The translations under genes were made by a program, and so were the position numbers. DNA of 64,000 nucleotides from assembly GCA_964247055.1 (NCBI GenBank), contig OZ176053.1, positions 7,068,001-7,132,000 on the forward strand. Direction: 5' to 3'. Source of the stretch: Paragordius varius (Eukaryota; Animalia; Nematomorpha). Positions 8,560 through 21,824 of the stretch are shown piece by piece; position 1 is the stretch's first letter; every line of letters begins with the position of its first letter. Under the pieces are notes generated by a model, which saw nothing but the letters and a program-made list of their open reading frames with translations, ran no database searches and was not told the origin of the DNA.

Positions 8560-11500
8560 CTTTATTAAATACGTTAAATATTTTGTAGCAAAATAAAAAT
8601 ATCTGTGTATATAAGAGGGTCAAAAATTAGATCAATTTTTCGTGGACACAAACGCAGGTACACTTACAAAACACTTTATAATATACCTAGTTGATATTGT
8701 TAATTGTATTTTCAAGAAAAACAGTTAGTAATAATTCAAGTATTGTGATATTACACAAACATGTACAGGAAAAAATTTCTCTAGACAGCCTTAATTAAAA
8801 AAAAATTTGGCCGATATTTTTTATACATTCAGGGAATTTTAGCTGCAAAAGACATGAGGACAAGCGACAACAATTGCAGGACGTTATTTCTCGCTTAGGC
8901 AGGAACGTCGGTCAAAAAAGAACTTATTTTTTCAAATTCGCGCGACAATATCATCTGACCAGATATCATTGAAGCCGGCAGAAAATTTAAGAATCGAATG
9001 GGACGAATATAGCCCAGGCCAGATTTGATTCGTAAAACTTCATCGAAAATAGAATGTAACATTAAATTTTTTTTACGAGTCAACCTACGTAAAATACAAC
9101 TTCAAGCTTAACGTAGAGGGAAAAATGCTCGACGCTTTCATTGCAGGCATGGGAGTCAAAAAATTAGAATTAGATCTGTATAGCAGATTCCCCAACGCCA
9201 TGTGGGAAAACGAACCCTAACCCTAAAACAAGTGAACATTGCTCTCAATTATGAATAGGCACCTCAATTAGCACTAATCGATGGCAACATGTTACGACAA
9301 CAGCTGGGAAATATCAGAACAAGTATCGATTCTGCCGTTTAGGTCATGACTGGAATGACCTCCAACTATACTGTAAGAAAAAAATGATTGCAATCTTCAG
9401 CACATCGAATGTGAAGCCACCCCTAAGATAACATTAATAATTAATTGTAAGCCAATACGCATGATTATGGACACAGGTTCAAGTTTTTCCATAATACTTC
9501 GAAATAAGGTTTCACAGCACCCCATTATTTGTATTTTCTGTTACCTAATAGCATGGAAAGGCTAAAACAAAAAAATGAGGATGCCAATAAGATTTTTTAA
9601 TTTTAATAAAAACAATTTTTCATCGTGTACACATATTTCAATATTTAAACGAGCAAGTCAATACAAGTGGTATTTCAGAGCCAGGTATTTTCATTATAAT
9701 TTTAAAATAAAAATCAAAAATGATTCAAATATAGCAGACCCAGTAAACTAAACCACAGAAGATTTTTTTAACGAAGACTCTACAAAAAATGTTATTGATG
9801 ATCCATATAATTTTATCTAAAAATGTCAGCGATCTTTATATTAAAAAATATAAACTGCTTAAAATTGCTGCTGTAGGTTTGTTATTTCTTTGACGCACTA
9901 CGTCTTATCGAGCGGGCTTGTTATTCGATAGAAATAGACATACGATAAATAAATATTCAATTTATTGAATATAATTAAAATTCTATTTATTAAATAAAAG
10001 ATACGAAGATATAGAATTAAAGCTAAGAGCCAAATTATTAAAAATCAAAAATATTAAAAATCTAAATTCACAGAATAGAGTTAGACAATTTTGACCATTA
10101 AATTGGATAAGAAGATAAGATAAGAAGTGGTCATATCAATATGGTAGGAAATCTATTCAGGTAATAAAAGTGGCCGCCCAACATCCATCTGAAATTCAAA
10201 TTATACCGCATCCAATGATTTTCAAAATAATTAATATCCACTAGGTATAAATATTAGGATTTTTAGTAAGAATCAACCGACAAGAAAAACCCTAATAAAT
10301 AGTGGAAAAAAATAAAACTAACAAATTAAATAAAGCCTCTGTAAAAGCCGAAAGATGAAACTACCAAACACCGCTTTAGTACGTGTTTAAAATTAGCTTT
10401 AAAAAAATCTCCCTGATATTTAAATGACATATTATTTAAAAGATAAAGTTTAAAACGCTTTATGATACCAATTATTTAATATACCTTTTTATAATAAAGC
10501 TAAATTTCATTTTCTGTCATTTTCTTCTTGTTCAATAATTGAAAAACCTGTAATATCCTGATTAGGGGAGTCAAAGTTTTTTTCAACGCTGAAATTAATC
10601 AAAACTTAAAAATTTGAATGGTGGTGCTCAAAAAAGTCCAAATTTATGGATTTTGTAACAGATGTCTCGAATATAACGGAATTGTGTTGCTCCACGCAGG
10701 GCATAAATAAACCTATTGCCTACGCATCAAGAAAGTGGTCAAACCCGACGAAAAATATTCAGTGATGAAAAGGGAGCACAGCCATACTTTCCGCTTTAGA
10801 ATAAAACGTTTATTACGGGGAAGAAGTTTGAACTGTGTATTGAGCACAAACCACTAATAAAGCGGTTTGGAAATAATTGAAACTAGACCAATTAATCATT
10901 CCAAGCTACTACGTTGGATATATAAAGCTACCGTTACAATCTACGGTGCCTAAAAGCCACGAAAATGCAGATCCATTGTCCCGCATGCTGGCGAATCACA
11001 ACACTAAGACATTGAAGGTCTTCAAACAGCAGACCATGCAAGGTTTGACAATAGTAGTGTATTCAACATTATCGTGACCATATTAGAAGCCAGACCGAAA
11101 CCAACCCAAACTTAAAATACGTAATAATTGCACTAAGACCAAACAACTGGTTCAATAAAATAATACACCCATTCCAAAGTTTTAGAAATATTGAAAATAT
11201 TTACGGGTTATATTGGCATGATAGATTAATACCAGAATCTCATAGTGTAATTATTTTATAAAACACGTCGGACACGCGGGGTCCAAAGCAATATACGAAC
11301 AAGCAAGATAAATAGTCTTTTAGCATAACATGGAGACATAAAAAAGTGGGTTGATACGTGTAAAAAATGTCAAGAAAACCGTCCGATGCGCAAAACTGAA
11401 TTTCCATACATATGGAATATTAATACAGCAATATTGGAGAGATTACATCTAGATATAAGGCCCGATCAAGTTTTATTGGATAGTTCTTATTGACAGTTAA

Positions 11501-12350
11501 TCTCGATGAGTCGAAGCTAAACTTGATATCGATTAAAAATATCTTAAATTTCCTAGACAAATGTTTCAGTCGATTTGGATGTCCTAGAATAATAGTAACC
11601 GATATAACGCGTCTTACTTTTCTCTCAGGAGTTTAAAAAATTCATGGAATCGGAAAACATTAAACATGTAACATTAGTTTCCTATCATCCAAAACCGAAC
11701 AGAATGGTAGAAAGAGTAGTATATACCCTAAAAAAACATTACCGGTCAGCAGAAAACTGTGATCCACAATCAAAAATAAATAACATGCTTTGGGGATTCC
11801 GCATTAACTGCTAATATACCTGTCCCCACAACTTTTATTAAAACGTATACCCCCCCCTCCATCCAATCACATGCTAGAATATAAACAAACAGACTTATTA
11901 GGCAATGCACAACCGAAACACTAATACCATGAAAACGAAAAAATATTTATAAATAATGAACTAGTGAATGATTGGCGAGAAGGATTTTGAATAAACGACT
12001 TTACTCTCATACGAAATACAAGATGGTAACAATATCATCCGAAAACACGCCGATCAATTAAGATCAAGGGAGAGAGGTGAAAGAAAGGGATATATCAGTT
12101 TCAGGGAAAAATGATGCTAAATTAAATCCTACTTTCGACACAAACGCACTATACAAGCGCTTATAACACTTTATGATGCACGTAGTCAATATTGTTAATT
12201 GAATCTTCAAGCAAGATAGTTGTTCTATTGTGAGATTACACATACATGTTTGATTTTAATATCGAATATTTCTTTGTAAAATACTTCAAACTCCATTAGA
12301 GGGTTAGCTCATTTTTCATTATAATTAAAGTAAAGTCTGTTTCTTATTTG
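8560..12350 (+). mobile_element. Ancient degenerate Ty3/Gypsy LTR retrotransposon lacking RT; duplicate at ~54010-57800
   Basis: Diverged LTR-like pair ~8644-8762 vs ~12136-12246. ACA|TGAGGACAAG PBS-like at 8854. Protease IMDTGSSFSII ~9465; RNase H PIAYASR/EHKPL/ENADPLSR 10710-10985; integrase ERLHLD/IVTD/YHPK.N.MVER 11430-11720; KHADQLR ~12045; PPT AAGGGAGAGG|TG at 12066-12077. Boundaries approximate. Confidence 0.8.
9497..10655 (+). mobile_element. Tc1/mariner-like element, decayed, inside the old Gypsy; duplicate at ~54946-56104
   Basis: Colinear with the reverse complement of 43017-44156 at both ends (GCACCCCATTATTT..GCATGGAAAGGC; GGTGGTGCT..GTCCAAATTT). TA-flanked. Degenerate KWPPN-like codons at ~10168. 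Confidence 0.6.
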
Positions 12351-12494
12351 TACACAATGTATAATTTTTCACAATTGATTGCGTTGCCATTTCGAGCATA
12401 CAAAATTAAAAAACATAAAAAACGATTTAATTAAATTTTTTTATTAATTATGCGCACAAATTTTCGAAAAACTTAGCGACAATGAAATGAACTT

Positions 12495-13176
12495 GTGCTG
12501 ACCAAGTCATGACCTGGTCAATTGACCGGGTCATGATTAGGTCAGGGACTATTTATTTTTTGACCATGGTCATTTAAAAAACAGCTGTTTTTTAAAAAAA
12601 TGTTTGTAAATTTTTTTGGAAGAATGATAGTAAAATTTATTGTTATTTAATATATTTATTAAAAAATATAAATTTTTAAATATGCTTATTAAACATATAT
12701 TAAAAATCCTTAAACAGGCATCCTTATAACATTAGCATATATCAAAAGATAAATCAAGCACTGAAGATATGTAATTATTCCATATATGACCAATAAAATG
12801 AAAAAACTTCTAATTAGCTATTTCAATGATGAAAGAAAGTGTATAGATAATATTTTAAATATCCAGTATTAAAGCTATGTATTTGAAGATTCAGACGGCC
12901 ACAAACATGTGACAAAAATCAGTTGAAAACAAAGTTTTTGATTAAATTTGATTGAAAATATATGTTAATAATAAATATCAAAAAAATGTTTAATACAAAC
13001 TTTTAAGAACATAACATTATTAGTGAAACGCAAGTGTCGTTCGAACATTATTTTCACAATCTCCAATATCGCATGATATTTACTTAAGTAAAAAGTGGTC
13101 ACGACCGTGGTCATGACCAAGGTCTGACTGGGTCTGACCGGACTTTTTTGAAAAAGCAGTCAAATTTACTACCCTA
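12495..13176. mobile_element. Non-autonomous hAT-like element with GGTCA/TGACC subterminal repeats; copies at 20587-21209, 35737-36337, 29530-29660 (inverted, partial) and ~57943-58624
   Basis: Clusters of GGTCATGACC/GGTCTGAC at both ends. Shared end ...ACCCTA (TAGGG terminus typical of hAT). Internal AT-rich sequence is colinear between copies. Left terminus and TSD not resolved. Confidence 0.55.
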
Positions 13177-13709
13177 CTACCGAGATACTATTTTTATTTT
13201 ACATTAGAAACATAAATAAACCCAAAAGTCGTATATGAATTCGTTTTTGGTTATTTGTTATGCCTTCTTGATAAAAATGATTTATGAAACATAAATAAAT
13301 ATTATAATTAAAATCTTCTATATAAATAAACCCAAGAACAATGTAATATGGTAATATAATTTTTACAAAGTTTAAATCGGATTAACTCAAACTTTTTATT
13401 ATAGCCATGTCGAGCTGAATTTAAACTAGAATAAATGAAAAGATAAAATTTGATATATAAAAATATATTTTAAATATTGATATCCTGCAGTAAGATACAT
13501 ACCTATTGATATGAAATAACCGTGATCAGACTCTTCGCATGAATGGCATAAATAACCGATTTAAGACTGATAACACTAGACAACAAATTTTGACTTTTTT
13601 AACTGCCATTCTTGTAATTTAAAATTTATTTTATTAAGGTACATAAATTATATATCTGGAAAAATATTGGTCTAACACTTAATTTTATATTATAGTTTAT
13701 CGATAATTT

Positions 13710-14503
13710 TTGGCCCCAATTCAACATTCAATTCGAAATTTCGAAAATTAAATAAGTTTTAGATCCATGTATTTAATATCATTCGAAAGAGCGTGAAAAA
13801 CTGTATCCTCCAAATGGTAGTAAATTATTTTTAATTAATCAGATGTAAAATTGATATGGTCGAAATTTTCAGCCCTGTAAACAAGTCAAAAGTTTTCACA
13901 GACAAACTATTAATTTTAATATTATTGGATATTGTTTACGCTGAAGTGTGATTATATTATTATATATGGAATAATTCAGCAAAAATAATATAAATTTATT
14001 ATAATATTTCGATTACTACAAGTAATCTTTGTCAAACGTAAAATATGGTTATATTAATATTTAATTAAAAAAAAGTCTTTGAAAAAGCTTTTGGTTTGCT
14101 TTATTATAAAATTATTATTATCTTAATTATTTTACCTGGTGAATACTAAAATGCATAGATATAACTGTAAATTTATTGCATAATGGCCATAAAAGATCAA
14201 AATACCTTAAACTTGGTTCTTGTTTTTAAAATTTTGAAATTATAAGCTTTAAAAAAAATAATTGATGAGATGGTAATTTTTTTAAAAAACTAAACACTTA
14301 ATGGCTGTTTTGAGTATAAAAGCAATAAAAAAAATGTTTTAATCATTAAAACTCTCTTGTGTTTTCTTTTTTGGACATCATCACCATATATACAAAGTTT
14401 GATTTATTTACATCCATTAGTTTTAAAAATATATTAAATAAAAAAACGCTCTCGTTTCGTGCGTTTGTCGCTCTCTATGCCCAATATTAATAATAGATGT
14501 AAA
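13710..14503 (+). repeat. Direct repeat of 33810-34491 (and of ~59157-59950)
   Basis: CCCAATTCAACATT..TCATTCGAAAGAGCGTGAAAAACTG..AATAGATGTAAAA is colinear, with an internal deletion in the 33.8-kb copy. Confidence 0.9.
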
Positions 14504-14965
14504 ACATTTTAAACATTTTATAGAGTTGTTTTACTCTTTCGAATGATATATTACAACTGGGCATTTCTTGTATATTTTTTGAAGGAAAACATTTTTTAGT
14601 AAAATTTTGATAAAGAGGATGCATAATCAAAAAAATCAATTTATTCGACTTAGGTGAAGATATAATTTTTATTTCAGATTTGCTGTTAAAATGATGGAAA
14701 AATGCAAACTTGAGTAGCAGAAAAATATACTGTCCATTGTAATATCTCGTAAAAGGTGTTCGTTGACCTTTATAAGGTATTGAGTGCCATACCTAATATA
14801 CAAAAATTATTTATGAAATTATATTAAAATAATTTTTTTATTTACTATCTAAGCTCACTATTAACACTTGATTCAATTTGGGTAACTAAATACAACAGAC
14901 TAAATTAAAGTTAAAATTTTTAAAAATCTACTGAAGGAAACGGTCGTAATTTAAATTTATGCTCT

Positions 14966-15233
14966 TGTAAAGTTGATTTATTCACATATAGCAATATGGT
15001 ATATTAAAATAGAGTTGAGCGATAAAAAGAAAAACCAAAATAAAAAAGTGAGTGGCTATTATATCACAAGTTCTTTTTATGTGTGCATGACTTATTTGCG
15101 TAGACGTTACACAATGGTTATTCTCAACAACAGATAAGCTTTAACACGAAATATATATATAATATTCAAATACAAAATAACTGATGCAACATGAATTGAG
15201 TGTGTTAACAAAATAGAATATTATAACCTTACA
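14966..15233 (-). repeat. 3' LTR of the Gypsy element (duplicate at 60413-60680)
   Basis: Matches 19229-19496 at 265/268 positions; adjacent to the PPT at ~15234-15248. Confidence 0.97.
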
Positions 15234-15267
15234 TTACTCTCCCCCTAAGTTAACCACGGGGGCTGTC

Positions 15268-18200
15268 GTGTTCGTACATTATACCTATAAGTTTAAACGA
15301 TCGGGAGGCTGCCGTCTTCTTAGCGGATATCTACGCTCGGGTAGGTCAGAAACCTCTTTTACCACGTCGGGTGTGGCCTCTACCGGCGTCAGCGATTCTG
15401 GGGCTACGTCTTGCTATGAGGTAGCAGGAGTTGGGGCATGGACTATTTGAGATTCCGAGGTGGGATGGAAGGTTTGTTCGGAGTGGGCTCCCTCGAAATG
15501 ACCCGGGACACTTTCGACGCTGGGATATTTATGCAGTATTAAGGGATTAGTTTCGTATGAATTCCCTCCTGACCTACGTCGTAACTGATCTGCATGTTTA
15601 CGTTTACGAATCCCTTCCTCATCTTGCACTTCATACGAGAGTAACCCCCTTCTCTCCAGAATGTGACCTGGCCGCCAGCCTACGGCCATCTCATTTTTAA
15701 TATAGACAGGATCGTCTTGTTGGAATTCGCGTCTCGGTTCATTTTCGTGCTCTATAAATTCGACAGGGGTTGTTTTTACCCAAGAGATAGGATTGTGTAC
15801 ACGCCGTTTTAGGAATATGGCGGAAGGCGTTTCTTTTAGCGAAGAATGCATGCTAGTTCGATACGAATAAAGGACCGTGTTGATAGCTTCATATGCATGC
15901 ATTTGTTGGGTCTTAGTAGCGGCGTATTTCGTTTTTAATGTCTTTATTACTCCACTAGACCGTTTGTTTTGGGGTGATAGGGTGTTGCACAGATGTGCTT
16001 GATATTCATATGATTTAGGAGAGTCATAAATTCTCTTGAAGTAAAATACGTGGCGTTATCGGTCACAATTTGGCGGGGAAAACCAAATCGTGCGATGTGT
16101 TTTTCCAGGCAATTTAAAACGCTTTGACTCGTTATTGATTTAAAAAGATCTATCTCTACCCACCGTGAGGCGCTATCGATAGTCACTAACCAATAATATC
16201 CGTCCACCGGTCCAGCAACATCTATATGTAACCTTTCCCATGTCAAAGTGTTAAAATTCCATCGATAGGGAAGATTTTCAGGTGCGTTAGGTCGATAGGT
16301 TTGGCAAGCCTCGCACCTTTCCACATAATTCGCTAGATCGGTGTCTAATTCGGGCCAAAATACCGAACACCGGGCTTGGGCTTTCATTGTTTTTAGCCCG
16401 CTTGGTCCCGTATGCAGAAGTTTCAATATCGTTTCCTGCATCGCTTGTGGTATCACTAAGCGATCATTCAGGTATAACAGATTATAACAACACTCCAAGT
16501 CGTTTTTATGTTTTAAAAAAGGTTTCAGATCTTAGTCGATCCAACTGTTTGTCCTGAGAGCATTTTTAACTTTTGATAACCGTGGTCAGTGATCGTTGCC
16601 TCTTCAACCACTTTCTTATTTACATCCAGCGTTTTTAGAGCCAAAAATCGTACCTGCTTGGTGGCCGCGGCATCTTCATCATCTGGTTGGCTATGCTCTA
16701 TGGGAAGTCTCAACGCGTCGGCTAAGTTTTCTTCCCCTTTTTTGTAAAATATTTCATACTCGTACCTGATGGTCTTCGATATCCACCTGAGCAGTTTGCT
16801 ATTATTAATGTTGTTGATGTCTCTCTTCCGCCCAAATAGTGACACCAGCGGTTTATGATCTGTATATATCTCGAACGGTCTTCATATAAAGTATTTAAAT
16901 TTTTCTAGGGCAAACACTATGGCCTTGGCCTCTTTTTCGATCGTGGAATAACCCTTTTCTGCTATTGAACAAGTTCGTGACGCGTAAAAAATTGGGCGTT
17001 TCCCCTGTGGGGTCTTATGAAACAGTATTGCCCCAAACCCCTTGTTGGAAGGATATGTTTCGATCAACAAGGGAAAACAGTCGTTAATTGGCATTAAAGC
17101 CGGGGGCCTGGTTAGCAAGCTTTTTGCTTTCGCGAATTCACTATCATCTGCCGGGGTCCACCGCCAAGGTGTATTCTTTCCACTTAACTTGTGTAAGATT
17201 GCTAGGTGTGGGTGACAGTTTGGTATAAACCGCTCATGAAAATTTATTAAGCCTAAGAACGAACGTAGCTCAGTTTGTTTGTAGGTGTCGGACAATTTTT
17301 AATGGCCTCTAATTTTTCATTGGACGGCTCAATACCTTGGTCAGAAATCACGTACCCCATGTATTTGACTCGTGAGATACCAATTTGCAATTTGTTTCGG
17401 CGCAATCGTAATCCCGCCTCTTGTAACCTTCTAAATACTTCCCTTAATCTTTGATCATGTTCCTCCCTGGTAGCTCCGGAAATTAAGACATCATCCAGGT
17501 ACACACAAATACCAGGTATGTCCTTTAAAAGATTGTCCATGCATCTTTGAAAGATCATAGGTGCTGAAGTTAATCCGAATGGAAGTCGTTGGTAAGCATA
17601 AAACCCTTTGTGAGTTGTGATGGTTACTAGCGTCTGTGACGCCCGGTCTATCGGAAATTGTAAGTAAGCATCTTTCAGGTCTAAAGTGGAAAAAATTATC
17701 CCATTTGCCACTTTGGTGGCCAACTCGTCAAAAGTAGGTATCAGATGAGAATCCTTTGCTAAATAACGGTTTATACTAATTCGGAAATCGGCAATATCCT
17801 AATTTCTCCATTTCCTTTAACTATATTTACTGTGGGAGAGGCCCATATTGGGGTTTGGGTCGGATCGATAGGTCGGAGTATTTTGAGTTTAAATCTATCA
17901 ATTTCATTTTCTACTAAAGGTTTTAGAGTTAAAGGTACCCTACGACAAGGAAAAACTTTAGGTTTGGCCCCGGGGTCGATAAATAATTTTATTGGGGGCC
18001 ACTTGAAAGTACCTAACTCGTCTGAAAACAATTTGTCAAAATAATCAAATAACATTTTATTATTAGGTGCTTGCGTATGTAAAACTGAAAAAACATTTTT
18101 TGGGAATTCTAACCGAAACGCCCGCATCCAATTCATCCCAAACACGGCTGGCGGGTTAGTTTGCGTCACCACGCAGGGCAGGCACTTCTCTTCTTCATTC

Positions 18201-19206
18201 AAAACCACTGAAATCATCGATTTTCCGAGTACTTCTATCGGACCATCATTGAAGGTTCGCAAATTTGGAGCTGGGAGCAAACGAGGTCGACCAATATTTA
18301 CCCAAGTGCGCTTGCCAATTACGGATACCTCGGCGCCCGTATCGTAGATAAACGTTGTTGGTATATTATTTATTAGTACCTGAATCCGGGGGGTGTTGTT
18401 CGGGCTAGTCATGGTGCGGATTGACGGCCGTCGGAACGTTGCCTTGCATACTGTGCTGAAATGATTCCATTTGTCGCAATTGAAACACCGTTTTCCTTTT
18501 GCCGGGCAGGTGGCGAAACCATGTCGATACCCACAATTACTACATAGCTTTCGGGTTATTTGATTGATTGTATTATTATCATTAACAACTGGTTGGATAC
18601 TTGAAGGAAGTTCACTGGTATTATTATTGTTCAAATCATTATTATCTCTGATGTTGTGAACCTTTTTATCTTCTAATTCATAGGAATAAGCGATGTCTAC
18701 AATCGCTTGAAGGGTTACCGGACCCCATCCTTTTTGCCATCTGGATATTTGGATTGAATTTCGCGTTCTACTCTGGGATTTTCAAGACCTACCAGGAATA
18801 AATCGCGTAATTTTGACTGAATATCCCCTTCAAATTTCCCGGCTTCACACTTTGCTTTCAGACGTTCCAGGAAATCCATGACTGATTCATCTGGCATTTT
18901 TTTTAATCGGTAGAATTCAACTCGATTTAACCATAGGCTGCTGATTGGTGATTATATCTGAGTGGCCAAGGTTGCAATTTCCTCCCATTCCATGTCATCT
19001 ATGAGTTTTGGGTATGCTAACGTTTCGATTTTCATTATTACTTGAATACCGCCGAAAGCGAGAAAAGTGCGTTTCATTGTGGTGTCATTGGATTCGATAT
19101 TTTTGGAATTTAAGACTCTCCTGATGTGACGTATATATTGCGTAAAATTCATCGGTTCCTTAAAAGGCTCCAAAATCAGTTTTGAAATGTCCAACGCTTG
19201 GCTCAT
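15268..19206 (-). pseudogene. gag-pol: Disrupted single gag-pol reading frame (8 ORF fragments)
   Basis: Double Zn knuckle CSNCGYRH..CPAKGKRCFNCDKWNH..C, protease YDTGAEVS, RT YLDD, RNase H EKEAKAI/YTDHKPL, integrase CEAC/HIDVAGP/VTDN/YHPKTNGLVE. Fragments are joined by small frameshifts or in-frame stops. Confidence 0.93.
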
Positions 19207-19217
19207 TGAAAGCTAAA

Positions 19218-19226
19218 ACGGCACCA
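19218..19226 (-). promoter_or_regulatory. Primer-binding site, tRNA-His-like
   Basis: TGGTGCCGT lies 2 nt inside the 5' LTR and is complementary to the ...ACGGCACCA 3' end of eukaryotic tRNA-His (established knowledge). The match is only 9 nt. Confidence 0.6.
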
Positions 19227-19228
19227 AA

Positions 19229-19496
19229 TGTAAAGTTGAATTATTCACGTATAGCAATATGGTATATTAAAATAGAGTTGAGCGATAAAAAGAAAAACCA
19301 AAATAAAAAAGTGAGTGGCTATTATATCACAAGTTCTTTTTATGTGTGCATGCCTTATTTGCGTAGACGTTACACAATGGTTATTCTCAACAACAGATAA
19401 GCTTTAACACGAAATATATATATAATATTCAAATACAAAATAACTGATGCAACATGAATTGAGTGTGTTAACAAAATAGAATATTATAACCTTACA
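19229..19496 (-). repeat. 5' LTR of the Gypsy element
   Basis: Followed on the minus strand by TT-TGGTGCCGT (PBS) and gag. Confidence 0.97.
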
Positions 19497-19706
19497 GCTC
19501 TTATCCAAATAAAAATTATATAAATAAGCAAAATATCTAAATAAAATTTTGTTTTGAAAAAAAAGTTTCAAGTCAAACTATTTCGACGCCATTTTTATTT
19601 TGCGAATTTTTGCAAAATATCGTCTTCATTTAATTTTAAGTGTAAAAATCAATTTTTTATTTTAATTACATCTAACATTAATAGAAATAGAAAAAACGGT
19701 TTATTT

Positions 19707-21824
19707 TAATGTGAACAGATATTTTGAACTTTGACGCAATACAAAATTAAAACATATTTTGCTTTACAACATCGGGGTGGTATATTACACAGTCACAAAA
19801 TATCCCGATGAAATATATATATTCTGATAAGAAAATATCAAAATTATCAAGGTTTTTAAGTGATTTACACTTTTGTGATCAGTCCGTATATAATTGCCAA
19901 AGGTGCGCATTTTTTTCAAATACATTTTTTGGTGAAAGCTAAATGCTTTATTTCAAAAGATATCACTAAAAAATATAACACAAACTAAAAGAGCAAAACA
20001 AAATTTTTATAATTTTTAGATATGGGCTCTGAAAGTCCCATTTTTTGCCTCTTTTATAATGGACTGTGCTCTAAAAACGGAAAAATTTTGACATGATGCA
20101 ATAATTTCAAAAATATGATAAATTTTGTTATCGAATAAAAAGGTTTTTTTAAAAATGCATACCTTAAAAATTTATTTTTTAGCAAAATTTTGTTGAAGCG
20201 TTTTTGTTTATGATGGAAACGATACAAACGGGTGAGATGCTATTCCATTTATATATATAATTCGATTATGCTAATTTTTCTCGCTCAGAATTTTGATCAA
20301 AATTTTCGCTCGTTTTTAAGTTAAAATTGAGTTTTATAACAAAAATTTACCAAAATTTGCAAGCAAACAAACCTTTAATTTAAAATTCTCAACATACAGT
20401 AATTTTCCACATCATTTAAGTATTTAGAGGGTTTTATTATATCTTAAAGCTTCATACCGTTTTCATTCTGCTTCAAAATAGTTTGCGCTTCAACAAAATA
20501 TTTCAAATTTGTTTATGAAAAATAAGAAAACTAATAAAAATTAAAGTTAAGGAAAGAAATTTAGAAATATCATACCTCCCATCGCTGGTCAAATCATGAC
20601 CAGTGACTATTTATTTTTTAACCATAGTCATTGATAAAAACACCTGTTTGAAAAAATGGTAGTAAATTTTTTTTGGAAGAGAGATACTAAGATTTATTGT
20701 TTTTTAATATATTTTTTAAAATACAAATATTATTTAATTATGCTCATTTAACAATATTTAAAATTGTTAAAAATGCCTCTTTATAATACAAGTATTTAAG
20801 CATAATTAGTTATTTCGAAAAACAAGATAGCACTTTGCAAATTATGCCATACAATATATGTGAACCATTCAAAAATGTAAAACATCCTATAATTGGTATT
20901 TTAATGATGAAAGAAAGTGTAAAACAAATTAGGTAAAATTTAAAATAAATCTATGCATTTGAAGATTCAGAAGGCCACAAACATGTGGCAAAATTTATTT
21001 AACAATTTCTTGACCAAATTCGATCGAAAATATAAATATATACAAACTTTAAAGAAAAAACATGACATTATTAAAGAAACGCAAGTGCAATTTGAACTTA
21101 TTTTGACAATCTAATATCGCATGATACTTATTTAAGTACAAAGCGGTCATGAACCTGGTCTGACTGGGTCTGACCCGATTTTTTAAAAAAGTAATCAAGC
21201 ACAACCCTACTCCCACCTAATGAGTAAAGACGTAAAAACATTTTTAAATACGAAAAAACGTTTATTTCGTTATCATATGCCATATATAATAAATTTTATA
21301 TAATATGTTACGGGAATACTAATTTTCTACATAATTTCCCGTTCATAAAATGAAATTTTTAAACCTTAACATAGATTAAAATATCATGAATTAATTTTGT
21401 TAACTCATTCTAAATTTTGAGGCACCTCTTTTTGCGTAAGCCCTGAATAAAAGAGCCATTAGCCTGAATCTTACGATTCGAGATTTATAGTTTCGCCACT
21501 GCTGCCTTTATAAGCGGCATCCAATCCAATTTTATGTATAATACGAGTGCAAAATAAAGTATTAACCAATTAAAAATAGGCCAATCTTAGTTTTTTACCG
21601 CAAAATGAACCATTTCTTTACAATTTATGTGGTTATTTTTACAGAGGGTACTATATTAAATTCTAAAATACTTTTATTGAATAAATAAAAGGTAAATTAT
21701 ATATTTATATAAAATTTATTTTTTTAATTTAAAAAAGCAGTACAAAAGTGGGCGCAGTACAGGCGCAGTTTTTTTCTGAAAACCCAGTACTGTACTGCGA
21801 AAAACAGCCTATCTGGTCACATTT
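19707..21824. mobile_element. ~2.1-kb non-autonomous TIR element (hAT/Blackjack-like ends) carrying a nested GGTCATGACC element; copy at 34806-36976, inverted right end from 28910, lone left end at 34492
   Basis: Termini TAATGTGA(C/A)CAGATA / TATCTGGTCACATTT (13-14 of 15 complementary). GCGCAGTAC subterminal repeats. The left end marks homology breakpoints at 34492 and 34806. No TSD found. Confidence 0.55.

Larger units (their letters stand above)
1..18553 (+). repeat. Copy A of a ~45.45-kb direct tandem segmental duplication (the part matched within the window)
   Basis: Position 1 (TAATTGATCATTCTTACTATAAG) recurs at 45570. The ORF track repeats with offsets 45569, 45566, 45449 and 45447. 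Only about 8 differences were spotted or inferred by eye. Confidence 0.97.
14966..19496 (-). mobile_element. Full-length Ty3/Gypsy LTR retrotransposon (Mag-like), 4531 bp
   Basis: Two 268-bp LTRs with TGTAA...TTACA ends and 3 mismatches. 5-bp TSD GCTCT at 14961-14965 and 19497-19501. PBS TGGTGCCGT and PPT TTAGGGGGAGAGTAA. Domain order Gag-PR-RT-RH-IN. Confidence 0.97.

Noticed and set aside
9215-9226. CCCTAACCCTAA as an interstitial telomere (also ~33532, ~54664)
   Set aside because: It lies within the Gypsy gag relic, can be read as Pro-Asn-Pro codons, and is not at a junction.
15268-19400. Plus-strand ORFs 15268-15450, 17832-18044 and 19182-19400
   Set aside because: Antisense to gag-pol or within the LTR; no independent support.
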